Below are positions 55,100 through 63,508 of a stretch of DNA of 64,000 nt, piece after piece. The stretch spans positions 506 through 64,505 of the forward strand of contig JAFMFD010000008.1 in the NCBI GenBank assembly GCA_017856385.1. The letters run 5' to 3'. The notes under the pieces were generated by a model, which was not told the origin of the DNA, searched no databases, and saw only the letters and a list, made by a program, of their open reading frames with translations. The DNA is from Actinomycetota bacterium (GTDB taxonomy: Bacteria > Actinomycetota > Actinomycetes > S36-B12). The translations under genes and the position numbers were made by a program. How positions within the stretch are numbered: the first letter of the stretch is position 1; each line of letters starts with the position of its first letter.

Positions 55100-55455
55100 C
55101 CGGCCCCTACGCGACGGTCGTCATCGTCGCCTCGCTCCTCCTGGCCCTGTGGTGCGGAGTGCTCCTCATCGCCAACCGGCCACCGAACCGACCACTGTGG
55201 GTCGGGCTGGGCCTGCTCGAGGCGCTCCTCATCGGGTTCCTCGGCTGGGGCCTGGCATCGATGCTCGCGCGGACCACCGACTTCGCGCGCCTGGAGTTCG
55301 CGCTCTACCTGCTCGGCGTCGCGGCGATCGTCCCGCTGGCCGGGTGGTGGATCCGGGCGGAGAAGTCGCGGGCCGCAGCGGCCGTGCTGCTCGTCGTGCT
55401 GCTCGTCGTGCCCGTGATGGTCGTCCGGGTCCAGCAGGTGTGGGCCAGTGTCTGA
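55096..55455 (+). CDS. integral membrane protein (119 aa)
   Basis: ATGA overlap with the upstream gene. 4 predicted TM helices. Confidence 0.6.
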   Translation: MTGPYATVVIVASLLLALWCGVLLIANRPPNRPLWVGLGLLEALLIGFLGWGLASMLARTTDFARLEFALYLLGVAAIVPLAGWWIRAEKSRAAAAVLLVVLLVVPVMVVRVQQVWASV

Positions 55456-55852
55456 GCGGAAGGTCAACGCCGGCTTCGGCCGCGTCCTCATCGTCATCTA
55501 CGCCGTCTTCGCGCTCGCCGCGTCCGCCCGGTCGTTCAGCCAAATCGTGACGCGCTTCGACGAGGCGCCGGTCGCGTATCTGCTCTCCGCGCTGGCGGCC
55601 CTCATCTACATCGTCGCGACGATCGCGCTCGCACGCGGCGACCGGACGTCGCGGACCGTCGCCACGGTGGCGATCGGCATCGAGCTCGGAGGGGTCCTGA
55701 CGGTCGGGGTGGCCAGCCTCCTCGCGCCGGAGGCCTTCCCGTCGGCGTCGGTGTGGTCGGGCTTCGGCAGCGGCTACCTGTTCATCCCGCTCGTCCTGCC
55801 CATCGTCGGCCTGTGGTGGCTGCATCGAACGAGGCCGATGCCCGGTTCCTGA
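55448..55852 (+). CDS. integral membrane protein (134 aa)
   Basis: 8-nt overlap with the upstream gene. 4 TM helices. Confidence 0.6.
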   Translation: MSERKVNAGFGRVLIVIYAVFALAASARSFSQIVTRFDEAPVAYLLSALAALIYIVATIALARGDRTSRTVATVAIGIELGGVLTVGVASLLAPEAFPSASVWSGFGSGYLFIPLVLPIVGLWWLHRTRPMPGS

Positions 55853-55930
55853 CCGGACAACGACCGCCGCGTCCCGGCGGCACCCCCCTCAGGCGGCGGA
55901 TACTTGAAGCAGCCCAGAGGGGGTGGGGAC

Positions 55931-56809
55931 ATGAGTTGGTACTGGTGGGTACTGATCACCCTTGTGGCCTTCGGCCTCGGGATGGCGAGCATCCGCTACT
56001 TCCAGCGGACGCATCCGCCCGACCGACGTGTCGGAGAGCGTCGCAGGTCCGACCGGCGCGGGGGAGCGCACGCCCTGCCGCCCGGAGTCGTGGACCGTCG
56101 GCGTGGCGACCGCCGGAGCGGGATCGAGCGGCGCAAGGGCAAGCCGCTGTGGCAGTTGACCACGGTCGTGGTGTCCGTCGCGTTCCTGTCGATCATCGGG
56201 GTCGTGGCGTACGCCGAGTCGCAGGTGGCCTCGATCTTCGCGGAGAGCTATCCGGAGCTGATCAACAGCGGGTGGGCCGACTGCGAGACGCCCATCACGT
56301 GGAGCATGGACACCAGCCGGATCAGCGCTGCCGACGCGCGCATCGCGCAGGCGCAGTTGACCAAGGACTTCGCGAAGTGGGGAAGCGTCTCTGGCCTTGA
56401 CTTCCGGAACGTCGGCGAGGTCCCCGTGGTGTACGACGACACGAACTACGTCGTGACGAGCAATGTCCATCCCAGCGAGCGTCACGTCTACATCGCATTC
56501 CTGCGCGATGCCGAGTCCACGCTGCTGGACAAGCGGACCGTCGGCTTCGCGTCGCCGACGAAGGTCTGGAAGGACTCCAAGCAGATCACCGAGGGCAGCA
56601 TCGTGATGAGCATCGAGTACGTGAAGAAGGCGTCGGCCGAGGAGCGCAGCGCGGTCTACCTGCACGAGCTCGGCCACGTCCTCGGCCTCGGCCACGGGAC
56701 CAGCGAGGAGAACGTCATGTACTACCTCGTCGACGAGAACAACACCCTCAGCCCAGGGGACATCGAGGGGATCCGCGCCCTGATCAAGGCGTGCAAGACG
56801 GCGCAGTAG
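55931..56809 (+). CDS. membrane-anchored matrixin-like zinc protease
   Basis: ATG 55931 after GAGGGGGTGGGG. Two TM helices flank an Arg-rich loop. HELGHVLGLGH plus Met-turn NVMYY. Confidence 0.75.
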   Translation: MSWYWWVLITLVAFGLGMASIRYFQRTHPPDRRVGERRRSDRRGGAHALPPGVVDRRRGDRRSGIERRKGKPLWQLTTVVVSVAFLSIIGVVAYAESQVASIFAESYPELINSGWADCETPITWSMDTSRISAADARIAQAQLTKDFAKWGSVSGLDFRNVGEVPVVYDDTNYVVTSNVHPSERHVYIAFLRDAESTLLDKRTVGFASPTKVWKDSKQITEGSIVMSIEYVKKASAEERSAVYLHELGHVLGLGHGTSEENVMYYLVDENNTLSPGDIEGIRALIKACKTAQ

Positions 56810-56842
56810 CGGCGGGCCGCCGGGACTTCACCTGCCCGGCGG

Positions 56843-56956
56843 TCAGTCCAGGTCGCGCTCGGAGTCCTTGACCGAGGTGTTGAAGAACTTCACGCCGAGC
56901 GCGATGGCACCGATGACGAGCAGGGCCACGATGGCGATGGTGATCAGGGTGCGCAT
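56843..56956 (-). CDS. 37-aa single-TM peptide (absent from ORF track, weak call)
   Basis: GAGGAG 5 nt upstream of the ATG. MRTLITIAIVALLVIGAIALGVKFFNTSVKDSERDLD. Confidence 0.35.
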   Translation of the reverse strand: MRTLITIAIVALLVIGAIALGVKFFNTSVKDSERDLD

Positions 56957-57032
56957 GCGGGCTCCTCGACATCCGGATGACGACGTCGGGACCCTCGGCC
57001 CCGACGCGGTGCAGGCTAGCGGATCGGCTGCC

Positions 57033-57794
57033 TCACGGGTTGGCGGCGAGGCCTCCGTCGACGACGAGCGTCTGTCCCGTCATGAAGGACGACATGTCGC
57101 TGGCGAGGAAGAGCGCGGCCTGCGCGATCTCCTCCGGTCGCCCCCATCGCGCCATCGGCACGCGGCCGATGAGGGCGTCCTGCAGCCCCTCGTCGCCGCG
57201 CGCGAACTCGGTGAGGTCGGTGGCGATCCAGCCCGGGACCAGCGCGTTCGCGCGGACCGGCTGCGTCCCCAGCTCGACGGCGAGGGTCTGCGTGGCGGAC
57301 ACGAGCGCGGCCTTGGCCGCCCCGTAGGCCCCCAGGAGCGGTGCCGCCCGCAGTGCCGTCACGGACGACACGTTGACGATCGAGCCGTGACCGCCGGCGA
57401 CCAGTGAGGGTAGGGCCGCCTGGATGAGGCGCATCCCGGACTCGAGGTTGAACAGCATGGCCTTCGACCATGCCGAGGGGCGCAGGTCGGCAACGGCGGA
57501 CATGAACGAGTTCCCGCCGGCGTTGTTGACGATGATGTCGAGGCCGGAGTACGCGCCGATGGCCGCATCGACGAGCGCACCCGCCGTGTCCTCCGCGGTG
57601 ATGTCGGACGGCACGGCGATGGCCGAGCCACCGGCGGACTTGATGGCAGCGACCACCACGTCGAGGTCGGCGGCCGTGCGGGCGGTCAGGACGACCCCGG
57701 CGCCCTCTGTGGCGAACAGCTCGGCGATCGCTCGGCCGATGCCGCGGGAGGCGCCGGTGACGATGGCCGCGCGTCCGGCGAGGAGTCCGGTCAT
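57033..57794 (-). CDS. SDR-family oxidoreductase (FabG-like)
   Basis: Internal ATG of ORF 57033..58172. TGASRGIGRAIA, NNAG, YGAAKAA. Confidence 0.85.
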   Translation of the reverse strand: MTGLLAGRAAIVTGASRGIGRAIAELFATEGAGVVLTARTAADLDVVVAAIKSAGGSAIAVPSDITAEDTAGALVDAAIGAYSGLDIIVNNAGGNSFMSAVADLRPSAWSKAMLFNLESGMRLIQAALPSLVAGGHGSIVNVSSVTALRAAPLLGAYGAAKAALVSATQTLAVELGTQPVRANALVPGWIATDLTEFARGDEGLQDALIGRVPMARWGRPEEIAQAALFLASDMSSFMTGQTLVVDGGLAANP

Positions 57795-57900
57795 GCCGAT
57801 TCCTTCCCTCGGGGCAGCGCTCCTTCGGCGCCGTCGACCCGCGCGCGACTGTAGCGAGTGACGGGCGCGACGTACGCTGGTCTCCCCGACCAGGAGGGCT

Positions 57901-58182
57901 GTGATGCCGACCGAATCCAGCGACGATCCCCTCGCCGACCTCGACAGCGTCGTCCTCGACGAGGACTTCGTGGCCGGGGGCGTGCGGGAGGCCCCCGCGG
58001 AGGACCGGATCGCGCAGGCGCGGCGCATCGCGGCGGCGAACAACCGGCTTCGGGCTGAGGGGGAGATCGCCGACGGCACCGGCAAGCCGCGGTTCCAGCG
58101 GGTGCGCCGGTCGGCACCGTGGATCGCGATCGGCGCGGTGGTCGCCGTGGGGATCGTGGTCGTCGCGCTCATCGCCCGGTAG
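57901..58182 (+). CDS. small C-terminally anchored hypothetical protein
   Basis: 93 aa. Acidic N-terminus and a C-terminal TM helix (WIAIGAVVAVGIVVVALI). Confidence 0.45.
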   Translation: MMPTESSDDPLADLDSVVLDEDFVAGGVREAPAEDRIAQARRIAAANNRLRAEGEIADGTGKPRFQRVRRSAPWIAIGAVVAVGIVVVALIAR

Positions 58183-58367
58183 TGGGGCGACTCGTCCCCC
58201 GCTGAGCGGACAACACGCCGAAATCCCCGGCTTTTTCCGTGGCCTATGTCACAGGAAGGTCACGGGGGGATGGCTTCCGGCTGTTGGCAACGTCACGCCG
58301 CATTGCGGGATGAAAACGGACAAAACCCCCTTCGGTCGCGCACCGGGCCGGGAGCGGCTGTCACCCG

Positions 58368-58460
58368 GACCGCCTAACGTCGATGCCCGGCGGAGCGAAC
58401 CGGGGGGCTCGTTCCGCGCGGCAGGGATCGGTCCGCGAGGGCCGACAGCCCTGGCGATGC
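58368..58460 (+). promoter_or_regulatory. candidate ydaO-type c-di-AMP riboswitch
   Basis: Ordered motifs CGCCUAAC, GCGGAGCGAACCG, GGGGGGCUCGUUC, CAGGGAUCGGUCC, GGGCCGACAGCCCUGGCG parallel the conserved blocks of known ydaO RNAs. Located in the 5' leader of a cell-wall hydrolase-type gene, the usual actinobacterial context. Confidence 0.55.
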
Positions 58461-58637
58461 CCCCGCGGACACCGCCGCGGGGAGCCACGTGCCCACCCGG
58501 GTCAGGGCGTGCGACTCGCGCTGGCCGGGTGCGTGGCTGGAGAGCACGGTCGGGGCGGACAGGAGTCCCCGGTCGGGCGAGGACCTGCATCGCACCACCG
58601 CACCGGCCCGTGGGCCGGTGCCGACGTACGAGGATGC

Positions 58638-59411
58638 ATGCACGCTCGCTCATGGGTCACCGGCGCGGCCGCCACCGGCGCCGCCGCCCTTGCCATCGCC
58701 ACTTTCACCACCCTGCTTGTCGCCCCACCCGCGAGTTCCGATGTCCGCGCCAGCGTCCCGCTGTCCGATGCGCCACCTATCGACCTCTCGGCCGCGGACC
58801 TCGTGCCCGCCGATCCCGGTGCGGGCCAGCCGATCCCTGATGCGACCCTCCCCGGGGCTGTGCTCCCTGACGTTCTCTCGGATGCCTTGCTGCCTCATGG
58901 GACTGCTCCCGGCACGGCGGCCCCCACGGTGATCGAGTCCCGGGTCAGCGCGGCGGCACGCGAGGTGGCCGCCAAGCGGGCCGCGCGGGCGTCGCGCCAG
59001 CAGGCCTTCGCCGTGTTCACGCTGGAGTCCGCGCCTGCCACCGACATGCGCGGCATCGAGGGGAGCCTGTACCGCGGTCGGTTCTTCAGCGAGCGCAGCG
59101 AGGACAAGCGCCTGTGCATCGTCAAGCGCGAGAGCGAGGGCTTCTACGACGTCGTCAACCCGGGCGGCTCCTACTTCGGCGCCTACCAGGTGTCCCGGGC
59201 CTTGGCCCGCGGAGTCACCTACATGATGGCCGACGAGCACAAGGACCTCATGGGCGAGGGGCGGGCCAAGCAGGTGCTCGCGTCGCTGCGCGAGTCGCCG
59301 ATGAACACGTGGAGCCGCTACTGGCAGGACGCCGCCTTCCACACCATCATGAACTGGGAGGGCGAGCTGTCGGGTGCCTCCCACTGGGCCGGGGGCCGCT
59401 GGCACTGCTGA
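58638..59411 (+). CDS. secreted transglycosylase-like (IsaA/SceD/Rpf-related) cell-wall protein
   Basis: ATG 58638 after GAGGA. Signal peptide. CIVKRESEGFYDVVNPGGSYFGAYQVS resembles the transglycosylase-like domain. Confidence 0.75.
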   Translation: MHARSWVTGAAATGAAALAIATFTTLLVAPPASSDVRASVPLSDAPPIDLSAADLVPADPGAGQPIPDATLPGAVLPDVLSDALLPHGTAPGTAAPTVIESRVSAAAREVAAKRAARASRQQAFAVFTLESAPATDMRGIEGSLYRGRFFSERSEDKRLCIVKRESEGFYDVVNPGGSYFGAYQVSRALARGVTYMMADEHKDLMGEGRAKQVLASLRESPMNTWSRYWQDAAFHTIMNWEGELSGASHWAGGRWHC

Positions 59412-59420
59412 CCGCGGCGT

Positions 59421-60134
59421 TCAGTTTTCTGGGGATTGCGACGACGCCCTCGATCGCAGCCGACTCTTGCCGGGGTTCTCGCTGAAGACCCGCCCGATCA
59501 CGATCAGGCCCAGGGCCAGCCACGGTGCCAGGTCGGGCAGGAACTCGCTGACCACGCCGATGAACGCGAGGTAGAGGGTGAAGACGGGTCCGCGCAGGCG
59601 TGCCCGACGGCGCTGCGCGAGCCAGCCGCGCGCGGCCGCACCGGGCTCCAGCAGCTCCGGGTGCCGGGAGGCGTGGAACGCGATGGCGGCGCCGAAGCCG
59701 CTGATGGCGGCGAGGTTGAGCCAGTAGATCAGGCCCACGCCGACGCTTCCGTTGTTGAACTCGCTGCCCGCCTCGCCGTACATCGCCGTGGGCCATGGCA
59801 GGAAGGCGATGGAGAGCATCCAGCCGATGTTCAGCCACAGGATCGTCGAGTCGTACGTCTGCATGACGTTGAAGATCCGGTTGTGGACCACCCACATGAT
59901 GACGACCAGCAGGAAGCTGAGCAGGAAGCTGTAGATCTGCGCGCCGTTCGCGCTGAGGAGCGTCCAGATCGTCTCGTCGCCCGTCGGTCCGGGGATCTCG
60001 ATCAGCGGAAGCAACTCGAGGGTGAGGGCGATCGCCACGACGGCGTCGGTGAAGTTGACGAGCCGGTCGAAGGCGCGCCGGGCCTCGGCCGTCACTCCTC
60101 CGGCTTCAGCCTCGCCCTCATGCTCGTGGTCCAT
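59421..60134 (-). CDS. TMEM175/DUF1211-family membrane protein (putative K+ channel)
   Basis: RLVNFTDAVVAIALTLELL signature and a repeated 3-TM unit. Confidence 0.75.
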   Translation of the reverse strand: MDHEHEGEAEAGGVTAEARRAFDRLVNFTDAVVAIALTLELLPLIEIPGPTGDETIWTLLSANGAQIYSFLLSFLLVVIMWVVHNRIFNVMQTYDSTILWLNIGWMLSIAFLPWPTAMYGEAGSEFNNGSVGVGLIYWLNLAAISGFGAAIAFHASRHPELLEPGAAARGWLAQRRRARLRGPVFTLYLAFIGVVSEFLPDLAPWLALGLIVIGRVFSENPGKSRLRSRASSQSPEN

Positions 60135-60148
60135 GGCGGGAGCCTAGG

Positions 60149-61102
60149 TCAATGACGGGCCCGGGCGAGGTGCGCTCGGCACTCCCGCTTGGCGATGCGC
60201 GTGAACAGGTCGGTCGCCGGTGAGCGGGTCGCGCCCCGACGGGTGCCGAGCATGATGGTGCGCGGCTCCAGCGCCGGGTCGAGGGACTTGATGACGATGC
60301 CGGGATCGGTGGGGTCCGTGGCGAGCAGCGGCATGATCGCGGGCCCCACGCCCGCACGCACCATGCCCTGCTGGGCGCCGTTGTCATAGGAGCGGAAGGC
60401 GTAGCGGGGGCGCAGGCCGAGCGCGCGCAGACCGGCGTTGATGGTGCCCGCCCCGTACTGCGGCTCATGCTCTCCGACCAGCGGAACGTCGGCAAGGGCG
60501 GAGGTGGGGAGGGTGCGTCCCGGATGTGCGCGCGCGAGCTCGCCGTCGGCCGGCAGGAGAAGGACGAACGGGTCGGTGCCGAGCAGGGTCAGGTCGAGGT
60601 CGTCGTGCTCGAAGGGCCCGGCGAGGAAGGTCACGTCGATCGTGCCGGCGAGGAGCTCGTCGACGAGGTCCTCGTTGCGGTCGTGCTCGATCAGCGCGAT
60701 GGACAGGTCTGGCGCCTGCTCGCGCAGCCTGCGCACCACGTCGGGGAGCAGTTGCACGGACACGCTCTGGTAGGTGCCGATGGTGACGCGTCCGGCGGTC
60801 CCGCTGGACAGGTCGTCCAGTTCGGCCGCGGCGAGGTCGAGCAGCGACATCACCTCGGTGGCCCGGGCGAGCAGGAGGCGGCCCGCGGGCGTGAGGGTGA
60901 CGGGCCTGGGTCCGCCCGGTCGGTCGAACACGCGCTGCCCGATCGCCCGCTCGAGGCCGGCGATCTGCTGGCTGATCGCGGCCTGCGACATCCGCAGGGC
61001 ATCCGCGGCGCCGCCGAAGGATCCCTCCTCCGCGACGGCGATGAGCGCGCGCAGGTGGCGCAGGTCGACTTTCTCCAGGGTGGGGCGCCGGACGTGATCC
61101 AT
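60149..61102 (-). CDS. LysR-family transcriptional regulator
   Basis: HTH LRHLRALIAVAEEGSFGGAADALRMSQAAISQQIAGLE plus a LysR substrate domain. Confidence 0.9.
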   Translation of the reverse strand: MDHVRRPTLEKVDLRHLRALIAVAEEGSFGGAADALRMSQAAISQQIAGLERAIGQRVFDRPGGPRPVTLTPAGRLLLARATEVMSLLDLAAAELDDLSSGTAGRVTIGTYQSVSVQLLPDVVRRLREQAPDLSIALIEHDRNEDLVDELLAGTIDVTFLAGPFEHDDLDLTLLGTDPFVLLLPADGELARAHPGRTLPTSALADVPLVGEHEPQYGAGTINAGLRALGLRPRYAFRSYDNGAQQGMVRAGVGPAIMPLLATDPTDPGIVIKSLDPALEPRTIMLGTRRGATRSPATDLFTRIAKRECRAHLARARH

Positions 61103-61227
61103 GGCAAAAGCATAATGAAAAACGATCGATACGATATGAAATGATCATTTGTGTTTATGCTTCGGCCCACCTACCGTGAGTCGGGCAGGGCGCAGGGCCC
61201 CGCGCAGGCGAGCCCGAGGGGGTCGAG

Positions 61228-61515
61228 ATGGACACGAAGAGCACTCAGGTCGAGCGGGTCATCCAGCTGGGCGAGGTCATCGCCCGTCACGGCATCCGCG
61301 CTGCGGGGGTCGAGCTCCTGCTGCTGGCGCACGACGCCCGGGATGCCGGGGTCAGCCCGGTGCTGATCGACGTGATGGTCGACGAGGACGCGCCGGACGT
61401 GGCCCGGGCGCGTGCCTTCGTGCTCGTGGGCCTGCGGATGTCGATGCTCGGTGCGCTCGACTCCCCGATCACGCCGCAGGTGGAGCAGTCGTCCCGCGTG
61501 CTGTCAGCTCGCTGA
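61228..61515 (+). CDS. hypothetical 95-aa protein divergent from the lysR-type gene
   Basis: Very high GC3. 47-nt convergent overlap with the lacI-type gene. No family recognised. Confidence 0.5.
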   Translation: MDTKSTQVERVIQLGEVIARHGIRAAGVELLLLAHDARDAGVSPVLIDVMVDEDAPDVARARAFVLVGLRMSMLGALDSPITPQVEQSSRVLSAR

Positions 61516-62479
61516 CGACGACATCGCGCTGCGTCCGCGACAGCGGCGACTCGATCCGCTCGAAGAGCCGCTGGGCGGCGAGCTGACCCATCCGCGTGAG
61601 CGGCTGCGCCATCGTGGTCAGCCGCAGCGAGCCGAGGGCGGCAAGGGACATCCCGTCGAAGCCCACGAGTGAGATGTCCGCCGGGGCGGACCGCCCCGTG
61701 TCATGCAGGGCCCCCAGCGCGCCGAGGGCCGACAGGTCATTGGCGGCGAAGACGGCGGTCGCCTGCGGTGCGCGCTCCAGCAGTCGCAGCATTGCGGCCC
61801 GGCCGCCGGCCTCCGTGAACGAGCCCGGCTCCACGAGCACGTCGGCACCGAGCCCGGCAGCGGTCATGGCCTCCTCGTAGCCCGCCTGCCGATCGCGGGC
61901 GATCGGGCTGTCGCCACCGCTGACATGCGCGATCCGCGAGTGGCCCAGGCCGATCAGGTGCTCGGTCGCAGCACGACCACCCGCGCGGTCGTCGGTGCAG
62001 ATGGTCGAGATGCCCGGCCCGGTGATGTCGTGCCTGAGCACGATGACGACGGGGCGCTCGCGCGCGACACGTCGTGCAACCTCCGGATCGAGCCGATGCG
62101 AGATCAGGATGAGTCCCTCGACCTGGAACTCCAGCAGGCCGGCGAGCTCGGACTCCTCACGCTCGGGATCCCCGTGGCCGGTGACGAGCATGGTGCGGTA
62201 GCCGCGCTGGCGCGTGATCTCCTGCACGCCGTCGAGCACCTCGGCGAACACCGGGTTGTGCAGGTCGTGCAGGAGCACGCCGATGGTGCGACTCCGGCGG
62301 TCGGCGAGGTTGCGTGCCGCCGCATTCGGCCGGTACCCGAGCTCGGCGGCGGCGGCCAGGATCGCCGCCCGGCTCTCCTCGCTCACCTTGTCCGACCCGC
62401 GGAGCGCCAGCGAGACCAGCGACTTCGAGACCCCGGCACGCGCGGCGACGTCGTTGATGGTCGGACGCCGGTCCGTCAC
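61469..62479 (-). CDS. LacI-family transcriptional regulator
   Basis: GTG 62479 after AGGAGGAG. HTH TINDVAARAGVSKSLVSLALRG. Only the 3' 336 codons of ORF 61469..63715 are real. Confidence 0.9.
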   Translation of the reverse strand: MTDRRPTINDVAARAGVSKSLVSLALRGSDKVSEESRAAILAAAAELGYRPNAAARNLADRRSRTIGVLLHDLHNPVFAEVLDGVQEITRQRGYRTMLVTGHGDPEREESELAGLLEFQVEGLILISHRLDPEVARRVARERPVVIVLRHDITGPGISTICTDDRAGGRAATEHLIGLGHSRIAHVSGGDSPIARDRQAGYEEAMTAAGLGADVLVEPGSFTEAGGRAAMLRLLERAPQATAVFAANDLSALGALGALHDTGRSAPADISLVGFDGMSLAALGSLRLTTMAQPLTRMGQLAAQRLFERIESPLSRTQRDVVVSELTARGTTAPPAA

Positions 62480-62538
62480 GACTCCTCCTGCCCGCCGCGC
62501 ATCCCTTGCGCCCGCCGACGGCAGTGTGCCACGATTCA

Positions 62539-62552
62539 TTGGAACGTTCCAA
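62539..62552. promoter_or_regulatory. putative LacI-family operator
   Basis: Perfect 14-bp palindrome TTGGAACGTTCCAA in the divergent intergenic region. Confidence 0.6.
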
Positions 62553-62605
62553 GACGTCTGCTGCAGTCGCCTCATCCCACCGTCAGGACCTCGGAAGGAG
62601 TGCCG

Positions 62606-63508
62606 GTGACCCCCTTCGTCGATCGCATCGCCTCGGCCCCGATCTCGTGGGGGATCTGCGAGGTGCCCGGCTGGGGCGCCATGCTGCCCACGCCCCGGGT
62701 GCTCGCGGAGATGTCCGGCCTCGGCATGACCGTCACCGAGCTCGGCGCCCCGGGCTTCCTGCCGGACGACGCGGCAGGTGTACGCGATGAGCTCGCGCAG
62801 TTCGGCATGTCGCTCGTGGGCGGGTTCACGCCGCTCGTCGTGCACGATGCCGCTCAGGAGCAGGCCACGATCGACGAGGCACGCCGCGTGGCCGCCCTCT
62901 TCCAGCAGGCGGGGGCGAGCCTGATCATCAGCAGCCCGGTCGCCACATGGGACTGGGCCCAGCCGCACCCGGCCACCGCCGAGGAGCTGGCCACGATGGC
63001 CCGCATGTTCCGCATCGTCGACGAGATCTGCGAGGAGCACGGCCTGCGGCAGGTGCTGCACTCGCACGTGCAGACGATGGTCGAGACCGACGAAGACGTG
63101 CAGCGCGTGCTCGACACGTGCGACGTGGACTGGTGCCTCGACACCGGGCACCTCGCGATCGGCGGCACCGACCCGGTGGCCTTCGCGAAGGAGGCCTTCG
63201 ACCGCGTCGGGCACGTGCACCTGAAGGACGTCGACCTGTCCAAGGTGGGTCCGCTGGTGCGTCGGGAGCGCTCGATCATGCAGTCGGTGCAGGACGGGCT
63301 GTTCACGCCGCTCGGCCAGGGCGATGTCGACATCGCCGGAGTGGTCGAGGCCCTGGAGAGCCGGGGCTACGACGGCCTGTACATCATCGAGCAGGACACC
63401 GCGCTGACCGACGGCCTCCCGGCAGAGGGCGAGGGACCCCTCGTCGAAGTGACCACGTCGCTGGACTACCTGACGCAGACCGTCGCGCCCAGGCTGGCGG
63501 GCGCGTGA
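62606..63508 (+). CDS. sugar phosphate isomerase/epimerase (xylose-isomerase-like TIM barrel, IolE-like)
   Basis: GTG 62606 after GGAAGGAG. Motifs HSH...E, LDTGH, HLKD, IIEQD. Confidence 0.8.
   Translation: MTPFVDRIASAPISWGICEVPGWGAMLPTPRVLAEMSGLGMTVTELGAPGFLPDDAAGVRDELAQFGMSLVGGFTPLVVHDAAQEQATIDEARRVAALFQQAGASLIISSPVATWDWAQPHPATAEELATMARMFRIVDEICEEHGLRQVLHSHVQTMVETDEDVQRVLDTCDVDWCLDTGHLAIGGTDPVAFAKEAFDRVGHVHLKDVDLSKVGPLVRRERSIMQSVQDGLFTPLGQGDVDIAGVVEALESRGYDGLYIIEQDTALTDGLPAEGEGPLVEVTTSLDYLTQTVAPRLAGA

Noticed and set aside
58247-58264. CRP/Crp-Fnr-type site (TGTCACAGGAAGGTCACG) upstream of the transglycosylase-like gene
   Set aside because: The half-sites are separated by 8 rather than the canonical 6 nt, and the second half-site is imperfect.
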